Source: Octopus vulgaris (lineage: Eukaryota). From it: a DNA stretch of 64,000 nt. The stretch covers positions 72,602,001 to 72,666,000 of the forward strand of contig OX597820.1 of assembly GCA_951406725.2 (NCBI GenBank). Reading direction: 5' to 3'. The notes under the pieces were generated by a model. It had not been told where the DNA came from, did not search any database, and worked only from the letters and a program-made list of their open reading frames with translations. Shown piece by piece: positions 27,101 to 40,522 of the stretch. A program made the position numbers and the translations under genes. Each line of letters opens with the position of its first letter. Position 1 is the stretch's first letter.

Positions 27101-28848
27101 GTGGGCTGGAGTGGAACACAAGCACAAAGACAAACACATGCATTCACAAACACATGTACATGAGGGGCTTCTTTCAGTTTCTATCAACCAAATTGACTTT
27201 GGATAGCCTGAGGCTATCATAAAAAAAAACATTTGCCCAGAGTACCACACAGCGAGACTGAACCCAAGACCACATAGTTTGGAATCAAGCTTCACAACCA
27301 CATTTCTGTCTTTTGCAAATGTAAATTCTAAGTTACACTGAGTGAGATTTGGTTGCCATTTCTTGAAATTACGCATAATCAACATTGAAATATTAATTGA
27401 ATTATATTCATTAATAATGTTTTAAGTGAATTTTGCTAAAAGCTAAATTCTGATATAATCTTGGTAAGTTTTGAAATGAAAATTGGTTATGTTATATTTT
27501 CATGAATTGTTGCACAGGAAGGAATAGCTGCAGTCTTTTACTGATGCTGGGCATAATGAATTTAGACGCATCTCAACTTTCACATTTTCCAAACCAACTG
27601 AAGCATTAGTTCTTTAATTTCAATCTGTGTTAATGCTTGTTTAGATTTGATGAGTACCTTTTCATAGAAAATATCCACAAGAACAAAGGTGTGTTTTGTA
27701 CAGTGAATGGATAAAGTCAATTGATTAAATACTGTTATATTTAACGACTTAATTTACTAAATCTGAAGGGGGATGAAAAGCAGTTAATTCCATGGCAGGA
27801 TTTACCCAACACAAGTATTTGATAGTATTATGTATTCAACAAGAAATCTCTACTTTCCACCTGCATCAATTTCCTTGTTAATACTATTCAAAACAACGGC
27901 AACCATGATGACGACCACAATGACAATGATGTTGATGATGACAATGACAATGATGGCAATAACAAGAACAACAACAATAATAATAATAACACTGATAATG
28001 ATAATAACAACAGGAACAAAATAATAACAACAACAATAATGATAATGTTAAAATAATAATTACATGAATATGTAAAATAAAATAAATAAATAAAATAAAA
28101 ATATGAAGGTAAAAAAAATATCTATTTTTCTAAGGAAAATATAGCATTTTCAATACACTTCAGTGAGCAAGAGTTCTGGCATAGCAAGAACCAATCAACA
28201 ACTTGGCATTGGAGACAAGCATTTTCAATATGCCAGGGTGACCAGAATTATGGCACTGCAACAGAATAAGCAATTGAATTCTTGGAGAGCAAAATGTTCA
28301 ATATGCAAGATTAAACCAAGCTGACTAATACAAGATGGTAAAGTCTTTTACTGCTAACACTGATAGAACAACTGACATGGTTTCCTTTATATAACTAGGT
28401 TTTTTTCTTTTTTCCATTAAACTTCCTTTCTATTTCTAAAAAATTCTTGCCATAAGTATAGCTTGGTGATTAAGCAGTAAGTTTTACAACCATGTGATTT
28501 CAGTTTCAATCCTGCTGCATGCAATATTTTGGATGAGTGTCTTTTACTAGAGCTCTGGGTCAACTAAAGCCTTGTGAGTAGGAAACTGTAGGGAAGCCCA
28601 TTGCATGTGTGTGTGTGTATGAGGATATTATTGCTTATAATATCAGTGGCTCAGCAAGCGTAGAAAACCTATAACGGTAAAAAATTATCAATAATTAAGG
28701 GTACTAACAAGCAGTACTGATATGCTAAATATAGCAGTCAAAATGACCAAACCATAAATTTTCACTTAAACACAAAAGTGAAAGCAAGCAAATGAATACA
28801 AATTCTAAAACCATGTACCAATGATGAAAATAATCAAAAATTATTAAT

Positions 28849-29240
<392 letters not shown>

Positions 29241-29444
29241 TATATATATAGAAAGATAGAGAGAGAGAAAGGTGGTATAACAAAGCACTAATGTTTACTG
29301 GAAATAGCAGTTAATACATTTATGATGCTATAGTAAAGCTTCAATGTGTATATACTGGCAAAGACGTGTGAGGGGAGCAAACATAAAAAATTTTGCCTTA
29401 CCTCTAGGAAGATCATTATATAAATGGACAACCCAGAATTGGAT

Positions 29445-29519
29445 AATCCAGGACCGAGGTTTCAGACTCTTCAAATATTTTTGTCATTGTAAATTTGATT
29501 AGTCTTCATCAGCTGGATT
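29445..29519 (-). ncRNA. Type I hammerhead ribozyme, fully canonical
   Basis: Minus strand: AATCCAG-CTGATGA-AGACT(aaTCAAAT..ATTTGAag)AGTCT-GAAA-CC-TC-GGT-C^CTGGATT. All core nucleotides present, 7-bp stem I, GUC cleavage triplet. Confidence 0.9.
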
Positions 29520-30630
29520 TACCTGGACAATAATTAAAATGTTGCTACATCAATGCCAGTATACTCACATGAATGCTTAGCTGTTAACGTCCATTTTCCA
29601 TACTGGTATGGGTTGGACGGTTTGACTGGGAACTGGCAAGCCAGGAGGTTGCACCAGGCTCCAATCTGATCTGGTAATATTTCTACAGCTGGATGCCCAT
29701 CCTAATGCCAACCACTCCAAGAGTGTAATGGATGCTTTTTACATGCCACTGGTATGGAAGCCAGTCAGGTGGCATTGGCATTGACCACATTCGGATGGTT
29801 CTTTTTTACATGCTACTGGCACAGGAGCCAGTCAGGGCAGGGGTGCTGGCATCAACCACGTTCAGATGGTGCTTTTTATGTGCCATAGGCATACAGAACC
29901 AGTCAGGTGGCACTCGCAATGACTCATGTATGAATGGTGCTTATTGCGTGCCACCAGCACGGGAGCCAATCAGGCATCACTGGCATCGGTAACAACTACA
30001 ATTTCCATTTTTGATTTTGCGCATGTGTGTGTGCACATACATATACATATACATATCATCATCATTTAACATCCACTTGGCCGAAAACTGATGAGGAACT
30101 AGTAGCCTCCGGGGTTTGTCCTCTGTTCATGTGTGCATTTAGTATATATCTTTCCATCTGTTTGTTTATTACTGTATGTGTTTGGCTTGTGAAATATATA
30201 TATATATATGTGCAATGGGAATAAATTTGAATAAATGTTAACGTAATTTACTTTAAGGTATGGATGAATTAAGTTCACTTTTAACCTCCTCATTGTTATA
30301 AACACCAAGTAGGTATTTAACTTGCTTTGTAATCATGAGTGCACCAAACCACTCGTGTGCGTATGCTTACATTTTCACGGATGCTTATACGAGTGTACAT
30401 GCACCATGCAGCTTGTGTGAGGGTGTTTATTTATCCGTATTTGTTAACAGTTATTTTTGATACTTTCCTCACTGTATAGAGTGTTTGTTTGTTTCTTTTC
30501 TTTTTGCATCTCTGATTTTATTTTTGATCTTCTATGTAAATGAAGATATTTCCTTCGTTTTGCTGATTTTCTTTGCATGAAATGAGAAGATACTTTGCAG
30601 AACTGTTATTTTAATGAGTTGTGACTATTT

Positions 30631-30735
30631 ATCACCTGATGAGACACATCTGCACTGCAGGATGCTTCTGAACCAGTTGCTGAGTGTCCCACCTGTGAGG
30701 GATCGATGTTAGATGTTCCGAAACATTGTTGTGAT
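30631..30735 (+). ncRNA. Type I hammerhead motif with long helix II at the end of a T-rich Penelope-like 3' UTR (~30080-30748)
   Basis: ATCAC-CTGATGA-GACACATCT...AGATGTTCC-GAAAC-ATT-GTT^GTGAT, followed by AATAAA. Confidence 0.75.
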
Positions 30736-30750
30736 TAATAATAAATTCTT

Positions 30751-31195
30751 ATATATTATTTACATTTGACAGATATTTGTCATCTTGTTTGTTGTTAACA
30801 TGACGCTTCGGGTGATATACTTTCCAGCCTTCATCAGGTGTCTTGCAAAAATTTTGAACCTGTGTTCTCATTCCTAAGGTATTTTTTTTTATATTATTAT
30901 TATTATCATTTTTCAGGTCACTGCCTGGAATCGAATTCGGAATCTTGGGTTTAATAACTTGCACTCTTAACCACCAGGCAGTGACCTGAGTAATAATAAT
31001 AATAATAATGATAATAATAATATTGAAAAAATACCTTAGGAATGAGAACCCAAGTTCAAAATTTCTCCAAGACTCCTGATGAAGGCTGGAGGGTATATCA
31101 GCTGACACGTTGTGTTAATAACAAACAAGATGAGGACAAATATCCGTCAAATGTAAATAATGTACATAATTCCTCATCTCTTAAATATAGAACTG
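30751..31195. mobile_element. Inverted dimer of a tRNA-headed, hammerhead-bearing short element
   Basis: Arms 30751-30928 / 30974-31164. The loop on the minus strand reads TGGTGGTTAAGAGTGC...GAATTCGATTCC (A/B-box-like). HHR motifs at 30798-30841(-) and 31072-31115(+). Confidence 0.8.
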
Positions 31196-31224
31196 AAATG
31201 TTTGTATGTTCCATCTTTTGTCTT

Positions 31225-31266
<42 letters not shown>

Positions 31267-31270
<4 letters not shown>

Positions 31271-31843
31271 TCAAAATAAGTAATAAGGATATCCAAAGGT
31301 AGTGTAGTACAATCGTTTCATGCTATTTCATTTAATTAAACAATGTAAGTATTACATCAGTTTTAAAATGTAGAGCAATCTTCAGCCACATATGGAATTT
31401 TTTAATTAAATTGATCATGTTCATTTTTATACATATTCCATTTGCCAACATTACAAAGAGGGTAGGTATATAGACAGAGAGACCCATGAGTAAAGATCTT
31501 TTACTACCATGTTTTTACTGATGAAATTCACCTCTCTGTCTATATACCTACCCTCTTTGTAATGTTGGCAAATGGAATATGTATAAAAATGAACATTATC
31601 AATTTAATTAAAAAAATTCTATGTGTGGCTGAAGATCACTCTACATTTTAAAACTGATGTAATACTTAAATTGTTTAATTAAATGAAGTAGCATGAAACA
31701 ATTGTACTACACTACCTTGGATATCCTTGTTGCTTATTTTGATTATAATCACCCCATTTGATTTATATGGATAAAACCGTACCAAATTCTGGTGCCTTTA
31801 ACTTAAGTACCATATTCATCTGAATCTAAATTTTTGCTGAACT
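31267..31843. mobile_element. Fold-back Penelope-like pLTR derivative in (TA)n with two outward-facing hammerheads
   Basis: Arms 31267-31480 / 31532-31746. HHR at 31623-31712(+): GTGTGG-CTGAAGA-...-GAAAC-AATT-GTA^CTACAC, with its mirror at 31302-31391(-). Confidence 0.85.
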
Positions 31844-31890
31844 TATATATATATATATAAATATATAAACATACAGATATATATAAACAT

Positions 31891-31944
<54 letters not shown>

Positions 31945-31955
31945 TATATAGAAGG

Positions 31956-32006
31956 AGCTTCTACAGGACTAGTACTGTTTCATTCAAGAGAAATCTTCAG
32001 GAAGCT
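31956..32006 (-). ncRNA. Type I hammerhead ribozyme (PLE pLTR, left copy)
   Basis: Exact reverse complement of 35525-35575. Confidence 0.88.
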
Positions 32007-32819
32007 ATTTAACAAGAATTGTATTAGCATTTATACATTTAGGCAGGTTTAAAGGAGTGGTGGTGGGGGACCTTTTTGGGGGTAGGCATAGCGCAAAATA
32101 TCATACTTGGGGGAGTGGTCAAGGAGTCAGTGGTAAGTTAGATGAAGGAATAGATAAATAAAAAAATAAAAAAATAAAAAAATATAAAAAATAAAAAGTA
32201 AAAAATAAAAAAATAAAATAAAATAAAAAAAAAAAAATAAAAAAATAAAAAAAAAAATATAAAAAATATATATAAAAAATATATATATAAAAATATATAT
32301 ATACAAAAATATATATATAAAAAAAAGGGGGGATAGAGTTATAGGTAAATAAGGAGATTCTCACTTATACCTATACACACATGTATACGTATCTACACAC
32401 ACATACATACATACACATATATATACACACACATATACATATATACATATATATACATACATATACATACCTACACATACACACATACATACATACAAAT
32501 ATACATATACATATATATATATACAATCCAATACAGGCCCATTCCCTAATTTTAATTTTATTATCTTCATTTATTACTTTTGTTATCTTTGATCGCTAGG
32601 GCTAAGAATCCTGGCAATGGCTGCAGTCCATTTGTCTGTCTACTAGAAGGCAAGTACTCATTCCCGCACGCACACTCATTAGCACGTACATTCACCCATT
32701 CGTACACTCATACACATACACGTACGCACGCGTTATATTCATACATACAAACATCTACATACGTTCACGTATATACACATACGTACTCGTACCTACAGAT
32801 TCGTGTCTACACTTTAGGA

Positions 32820-32929
32820 GGCTAGACTATACATATACACCAATAAATATACATATATATATATATATATATATACCCGCATATACATACACACACACAC
32901 ATATATACTCCTACATACAGATACATACC

Positions 32930-32965
<36 letters not shown>

Positions 32966-32968
32966 CAT

Positions 32969-33023
<55 letters not shown>

Positions 33024-33210
33024 TACACATACACACATACACATACACACACATACATACACATATATATACATACACAAACATATATACACACATATAT
33101 ATATACACATACACACATACACACATACATACGTATACATACATACATACATCCATACATCCATACTTACATGCATTTATACGCATACACACACCCATCT
33201 ATATATATGC

Positions 33211-33242
<32 letters not shown>

Positions 33243-33523
33243 TCACACATACATATACAAATCCACGCACACACATACATACATACACGTATACGCATAC
33301 ACGCACATACACATATACATGCGTACCCATACACGTGCACACACGCACGCGCATCCATATATATACACACACACACATATATATACACACGTGTGCAAGC
33401 ATACATACATACTCATACGCGCACACATACTTACAAATACATATATGCACACACTTACACACATATATATACATACACATATACATGCATACATACATAT
33501 ATTCATACATACACACACGCACT

Positions 33524-33565
<42 letters not shown>

Positions 33566-33894
33566 CATACATATATATACACATACATATACATACATAG
33601 ATACACATACGCATACATACACATACACATACATACACACATATATACACATATATATATATATATATATACACATACACATATACACATACATATATAC
33701 ACACATACATACATATACATACACACACACATACATATATACATATACACTGATACACATACCCATACATACACATGCATATACTTATATCACTACATAC
33801 TCACATATATAAACATATATACATATACACACATACATATATACATGTACATACACATACGTATGCATATATATACACATACATATATATACAC

Positions 33895-33927
<33 letters not shown>

Positions 33928-34173
33928 TATACATGTATACATACGCAAAAATGATACACATATATACACATACACACACACAGACAGATGCATATACATA
34001 CATATATATATAAACTACATATCTATATAAATACATACATAATACACATATACACACACATATATATACATTCATGCATATACATATACAAGTATACACA
34101 TACATACACACACACGCGCACACATACATATACACACACACATATATACAAATACATACATACATACACACAT

Positions 34174-34216
<43 letters not shown>

Positions 34217-34250
34217 CACATACACGTACACATATACATATGTATATATA
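32820..34250. repeat. Compound (TA)/(CA)/(TACA) microsatellite block inside the PLE 3' region
   Basis: Directly visible. Source of the many His/Thr/Tyr/Ile ORFs. Confidence 0.95.
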
Positions 34251-34586
34251 TATCAACAAGGGAGGGTAAAGTTAATTAGTTATTAATCAATTTCATCAAG
34301 TGTTCAGTATGTAAAGGGACCATTATTATTTTGAGTAAACAATGTTAGAGGGAAAAGATTCTCTAAGTAGTGGAAGAGGCTAAAAAACTTTATTGGCTGC
34401 TATTTCTAGAAAGTTTAGTATGTGGCAAAGTAATTTATTTTATTTTCCTAATCCCTAATTATATAATATTTTATACATACATACACATACATAAGCACAT
34501 ACATTTACACATACATATGCATATACATATATACACATATACATACAAACACATATACACATATACACACACACACACATACAAGC

Positions 34587-34649
<63 letters not shown>

Positions 34650-34891
34650 AATATATATACATATATATTTTTTTACATGCATACACACACACACACACAC
34701 ATAATACATGCGTATATTCCTACTGTACCCATGCATTTCTATACAAATATACATACATACATACGATACACATATACAAGCGTGCACATATAATATGTGA
34801 AAGGTCTTAGGAGAAAAGGTAATCGGGGGTGCTAGGGGAACAGTGGGGTTGGGGGGGGGTTGTAGGGGGGGGGTTGTAGGGGGGGTTGTCA

Positions 34892-35272
34892 TCAATCAGG
34901 TTGCCGGGTAGGTCTATAGTTCTTGTAGTTCGCATACTTCTTATGCATACAATTTGGGGAGTGTTCTGAAAATTTGTTAAGGAGAGGGCCTTTGGCGAAC
35001 AAGATCTCTAGGCTCTCTGATATGCATAGGTCACAGCAGGTATGTCCTCCTGTGTACGAGCGCGCCTTCTGTAGTAGTTTCCACTTGGTCTTGAAGGGGA
35101 TTGAGTTCCTTTTAAGGTACCAGATGTGGGCGGCGAGGGTAGTTTGGTTGGATTTATCCTGTCGCCGGAACGAGTGTGTATGTGCATACCAGCGGGTCTT
35201 AAAGCTGTTTGACGTCATTCCAATGTAGGATTTACTTTTATCGTCAAGGCCTGATCTTACCTCGCAATTATA
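34892..35272 (-). CDS. Penelope-like retroelement GIY-YIG endonuclease, C-terminal fragment (5'-truncated; possibly Naiad-type)
   Basis: Open frame YNCEVRSGLDDKSKSYIGMTSNSFKTRWYAHTHSF...TTLAAHIWYLK...WKLL...CDLCISESLEIL...LLNKFSE...CMH. Shows Y..YIG, RxxxH, CxxC, E, LN and CxH motifs with no internal stops. Confidence 0.9.
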   Translation of the reverse strand, partial: YNCEVRSGLDDKSKSYIGMTSNSFKTRWYAHTHSFRRQDKSNQTTLAAHIWYLKRNSIPFKTKWKLLQKARSYTGGHTCCDLCISESLEILFAKGPLLNKFSEHSPNCMHKKYANYKNYRPTRQPD

Positions 35273-35524
35273 TTTTTTATTTTTTTTTTTTTTTTTTTAT
35301 TTTATTTTATTTTTTTATTTTTTACTTTTTATTTTTTATATTTTTTTATTTTTTTATTTTTTTATTTTTTTATTTATCTATTCCTTCATCTAACTTACCA
35401 CTGACTCCTTGACCACTCCCCCAAGTATGATATTTTGCGCTATGCCTACCCCCAAAAAGGTCCCCCACCACCACTCCTTTAAACCTGCCTAAATGTATAA
35501 ATGCTAATACAATTCTTGTTAAAT

Positions 35525-35575
35525 AGCTTCCTGAAGATTTCTCTTGAATGAAACAGTACTAGTCCTGTAGAAGCT
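35525..35575 (+). ncRNA. Type I hammerhead ribozyme (PLE pLTR, right copy)
   Basis: AGCTTC-CTGAAGA-TTTC-TCTT-GAAT-GAA-ACAG-TACTAGTC-CTGT-A^GAAGCT, followed by AATAAA. Near-palindromic stem III. Confidence 0.9.
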
Positions 35576-35658
35576 CCTTCTATATAATAAATTAATTTTA
35601 CTCTGCTATGTATTGAGTACCTTACTTACTGTGGTTAACCCCGAATCAACCCGGGACC

Positions 35659-35709
<51 letters not shown>

Positions 35710-37459
35710 GTATATATATATGTAAATGTTGAGGGATATAGAGGAATGCAGAAGACAGTGGCAGAGGGCAGGCAGCAGGAGTAGTAAAAAGATACAGTTG
35801 TCAGGAGTTGTGGAGGATAAGAGAGGGATGACATGATCAGGTAGTCTGCAGGAGCCAGTGGAGGAGAAGAGTCAATTTCCTGGTTTCCATGGCATGTATT
35901 TTTTGCCCCTGGACGAGATGCCAGTCTGTCACAGAATTACTCACTTTTGCCAGCTGAGTGGACTGGAGCAACATAAAATGAAGTGTTTTGTTCAAGAACA
36001 TAAAGCATAGCCTGGTCCAAGAATTGAAACCATAAACTTATGATCATGATTTCCACACCCTAACCACTAAGCCACGTACCTCCAGTTGACGATTCTTATT
36101 TCTTATTTCTTTATTGCCAAGGGGCTAAACATAGAGGGGACAAACAAGGACATTAAGTTGATAACATCGACCCCAGTGCATAACTGGTACTTAATTTATC
36201 GACCCCAAAAGGATGAAAGGCAAAGTCAACCTTGGCGGAATTTGAACTCACAACATAATGGCAGATGAAATACTGCTAAGCATTTCGCCCAGCATGCTAA
36301 TGACTCTGCCAGCTTGCCACCTTGAGTGATGATTGGTGACAAGAAGGAGTCATCCAGCTTTTGAAAATCTGCTTCAGCAAATTCTCTTTGACCCATTCAA
36401 ACATAGAAAACTGGATGTTAAATGATGACAATGATGACGACAACAACGATGACGATGACAATGATGATGATGAAGATCAAGAAGATTCCTCCTTATACTC
36501 TTTGTTGTGTTAATCTTTATCGTTTTGGTTCTTCTTCTTTTGCATTTTACTTCAAATTTTTTTTCATTAAAATATTTTTGCAGCTCGGTCCATTGTACAA
36601 GTAATTGTTACATTGGCTAATTTCCAATATTTTCAAATGGCTGTTTATGCCTTAAGGCCACATTTTATTCTAATATTCCAATATTTCTATATTAACTGTT
36701 AAAATCTCAAAAATGTTAAATGGAGGGGAGAAATTCAGATACAGCGCCAATTTTCTGTAGCAACATGATAATTCTTCCTTAATTTTCCTTAACAGCTGGC
36801 CATTTCTTCTTCTTCTTCTCTTTCTTTCTTTCTTTCATATTTTTTTTTTTTTGTTACAAGCTTCAAGGGTTGAATCTTATCACGACCAGCATTTTCATAC
36901 ATGATTTTTCAGGGGTGAGAGATATGTGATGGGCCTCAAACAAAAACAGATAGAAAACTTCTTAATCTTTTGGAGAATATTTTGTCAAGTTTTGTTGTTG
37001 TTGTTGCTGCTGTTGTTGTTCTCTTCCTTCCCATTTTTTCCTTATCTACAACTTCTTTGCCTTCTGCTAGCTCTATTTCCAGCTCATCATCATCATCCTT
37101 GTCATTATTGATGTCATGATTTATATCCACTTTTCCATGCTTGCATGAGTTAGACTCGTTTGACGGATAGACAGACACCCTTCTTGTCAATCCATTTTGC
37201 CTTCCTTACAACACAAGAGATATGAAGTACTTACTCTAAAATCTGAATACACATTATATTTTTCTGTTATATTTTTTGTCATTCATGCTGTAGAGAAATG
37301 AAATCTACAAAGCAGTATTCCGATAATAAAGAATTTATCATACTGAAGTGTAAATGATAGATACCTGTGGTGTAAAAAATCTGTCATGCCAAGGAAAAGG
37401 AGCAGTAAAAGTGTATACATGATAGAGGGATGAGAGATTCAAACATGCTATTGGAACAT

Positions 37460-37492
<33 letters not shown>

Positions 37493-37861
37493 TGACAATT
37501 ATCTGTGTGTGTGTAGGTAGGTGTATGTGAGAGAGTGAGAGGTATATGCATGTTTACACAACATTATTGTTTGTATGTGTGTATGTGAGTGTATGTGCAT
37601 GCAGCCTGTGCTACTAGCATTTAAGTCAAAGTCTCTTTCCTTTTTCATCTTCTTAATTCATCTATAGGCACTGACGTGGCTGTGTGGTAAGAAGATTGCT
37701 TCCCAACTGAATGATTCTGAGTTCAGTCCCACTGCATCATCCCTTGGGCAAGTGTCTTTTACCAGAGCCTTGGGCTATGGTAAAAGACACTTGAGTGGAT
37801 TTGGTAGATGGAAACTGAAAGAAGCCCGTATGTATGTGTGTGTGCATGTCTTTGTTCCATT

Positions 37862-38092
37862 ACCTATTTCTTTTATTACCCACAAGGGGCTAAACACAGA
37901 GGGGACAAACAAGGACAGACATAGGTATTAAGTCGATTACATCGACCCCAGTGCGTAACTGGTACTTAATTTATCGACCCCGAAAGGATGAAAGGCAAAG
38001 TCGACCTCGGCGGAATTTGAACTCACAACGTAACGCAGACGAAATACCGCTAAGCATTTCATCCGGCATGCTAACGTTTCTGCCAGCTCGCC
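37862..38092 (-). mobile_element. Family A SINE nested in a family B SINE, 15-bp TSD
   Basis: TSD CTTTGTTCCATTACC at 37850-37864 and 38092-38106. The family B element (37667-38295) continues on both sides. Confidence 0.9.
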
Positions 38093-40273
38093 TTTGTTCC
38101 ATTACCACCACCTGACAACCAGTACTGGTGTCTTTACATCCCTATCACTTAACGGTTCGACAAAAGAGACTGATAGAACAAGTACTAGGTTTAAAAAATA
38201 AGTCCTGTGATCAATTTATTTGACTAGAATCCTTTGAGGTGATACCCTAGCATGGCCACAGTCAAAAGCTTGAAACAAATAAAAGATAAAAGAAAGATAC
38301 ATCTACTTCTCAAATGGTTCCAATCATAATCAATTATTTAACTATTTCACTTCAGCCATTTCTTTCTGAATTCCCCACCCTTTCTGTCTTCAGCTTTTCC
38401 TGGTTATTGTATTCCCCCAACACCAACACTGTAGCTGCACACCCATTTTCATCCACTTTAACCCCACCTATATTTACATCAGATACCTCAATACAGCAAA
38501 TACTTTACCTTCATGCTTAAACTCTACTCAGCCACTTCTAACTCTATACACACTTGATTGCCCTATCAGTGACTATTTAGGGCAACCCACCTCACAACTC
38601 CCTAACAACAACTCCAGCTCCCCTAAAATCTCTGGTATTTCATGTCTTCCAACTTCATGTTACTATTCCTTATTAAAATAGTCTTTGACCTTTAACTCCA
38701 TTGAAATAGATAAGTGACCAAAACCATCGTTCTATGACTGTCTCTTCACATCTCTGGCACAAGCAAAGTTCTCAAACCTCAAGGCCCCAAATATTTTACC
38801 TCTAATCATACAAATGCAGCATGGATAAATAACATTGACTGTCTTACAGGATGTCACCAACCATTTGTACTGCTGCCTTTTCATCAAAAATCACATCAGC
38901 AAAGCTATCAAAAAAATGGATAGAATATCTTCACACATTGCCCAGACTGCAAGCTATCTCTCCTACCAAATTGCAGCAGATGTATTCTGGTCCTGTGCCA
39001 AAACATGGTCTATCAGATTTGTGGAACCCTTCAATCAATCTCTCCTCAATAAAAATGATTCTGTTAGCAGAACTTCCATTAAAAATCTCTTCATATATAT
39101 TGGCTTCAGATTTTTTGCACAAGGCTAGTAATTTGGTGGGGGTAAGTCGATTACATTGCACCAGCCCTCTACTGGCACTTAGTTTATCAACCCCAAAAGG
39201 ACAAAAGATACAAACGATCTTGGTGGAATTTGAACTTGGGATATAAAGAGGTGAAATTCCACTAAGCATTTTGCCTGGTGTGCTAATAACTCTGCCAGCT
39301 CAACACCTTAATTCTTCATATCTATTACCTGCTTAGAGTACAACTGCTAAAAAAAATTAAATGACACTCTGTTGGTTACAATGATTGGTAGGAACATTAG
39401 CACGCCCTGCAAAATGCCTGATGGTATTTCATCTGTCATTACGTTCTGAGTTCAAATTCCCCCGAAGTCGACTTTTCCTTTTATCCTTTCGGGGTCGATA
39501 AATTAAGTACCAGTTACACACTGGGGTCGATGTAATCAACTTAATCCCTTTGTCGGTCTTTGATTGTCCCCTCTATGTTTAGCCCCTTGTGGGCAATAAA
39601 GAAATAAGAATGATGGGTGTTCCAGTTGATATGATCAACAGAATAGCCTACTCGTGAAGTTATTGTGCAAATGGCTGAACAATTCACAAACACAATGTAC
39701 CCTTAATGTAGTTTTCAGTGAGATTCAGTGCGACACAGAATGCAACAAGGTTGGCACTTTGAATTACAGGTAGAACACACTTTTACCAGATGGGTGGACT
39801 GGGGCAATGTGAAATAAAGTGTCTTGCTCAAGGACACAATGCACCACTGGGAATTGAACTCATGGCCTTACAATTGTAACCTGAACAAGCTAACCACTAA
39901 GCCACATACCTTCACAACTGCAACTGTAGATCAAATATCTTTTTCTACTCTAGGCACAAGGCCTGTAATTTTGGGGGAGGGGGGCAGTCGATTAGATCGA
40001 CCCCAATATGCAGCTGGTACTTAATCCATCGACCCCGAAAGAATGAAAGGCAAAGTCAACCGTGGCAGAATTTGAACTCAGAACATAAAGACAGATGAAA
40101 TGCTGCTAAGCATTTCACCCGGTGTGCTAACATTACTGCCAGCTTGCTGCCTTCAAATATCAAAACATAAAAACAACCTTTCTAACCTTTTCTTAAGCCA
40201 CTTCAATCAATTTCACATCATATAATGCATCCCTCAAATACTTTCCACTCCAACCAGTCTCACAACTTGTAAC

Positions 40274-40522
40274 CAGTGATTTTCAACCAGGGGCCATATG
40301 CCCCAAAAAAGACCACATAAGATTTTGCTGTTAGCATTTATGTGCAGTAAATTTGTTATGCTTCTGAAATACAGGAAATCTTTTAACAATGTTTTAATAC
40401 AAAATATAAAAATATAATGGGACTTTTTTTAAACATTGAATGGCTATGGGGGTTCAGCAGACTAAAATAGGAATCAAAGAGGGTCCATAAGCAAAAAAAA
40501 AAAAAATGGTTGAGAACCATTG
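40274..40522. mobile_element. hAT/Charlie (MER5-like) MITE
   Basis: TIRs CAGTGATTTTCAACC / GGTTGAGAACCATTG. Confidence 0.75.

Larger units (their letters stand above)
31941..35660 (-). mobile_element. Young 5'-truncated Penelope-like element (PLE) with inverted pLTR, inserted in (TA)n
   Basis: GIY-YIG fragment 34892-35272(-). 31941-~32230 and ~35273-35590 look like identical reverse complements, each with a hammerhead. (TA)n on both sides. Confidence 0.88.

Noticed and set aside
30078-30125. GAAAA-CTGATGAGG motif
   Set aside because: No downstream GAAA and no pairing compatible with type I, II or III hammerhead topology.
30929-30976. tRNA gene
   Set aside because: Only a partial A/B-box segment inside a repeat, with no complete cloverleaf. 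The same applies to all SINE heads.
32963-34030. 355-aa ORF and the many other His/Thr/Tyr/Ile or Val/Cys/Met ORFs
   Set aside because: They are translations of (TA)/(CA) microsatellites, which lack stop codons by composition.
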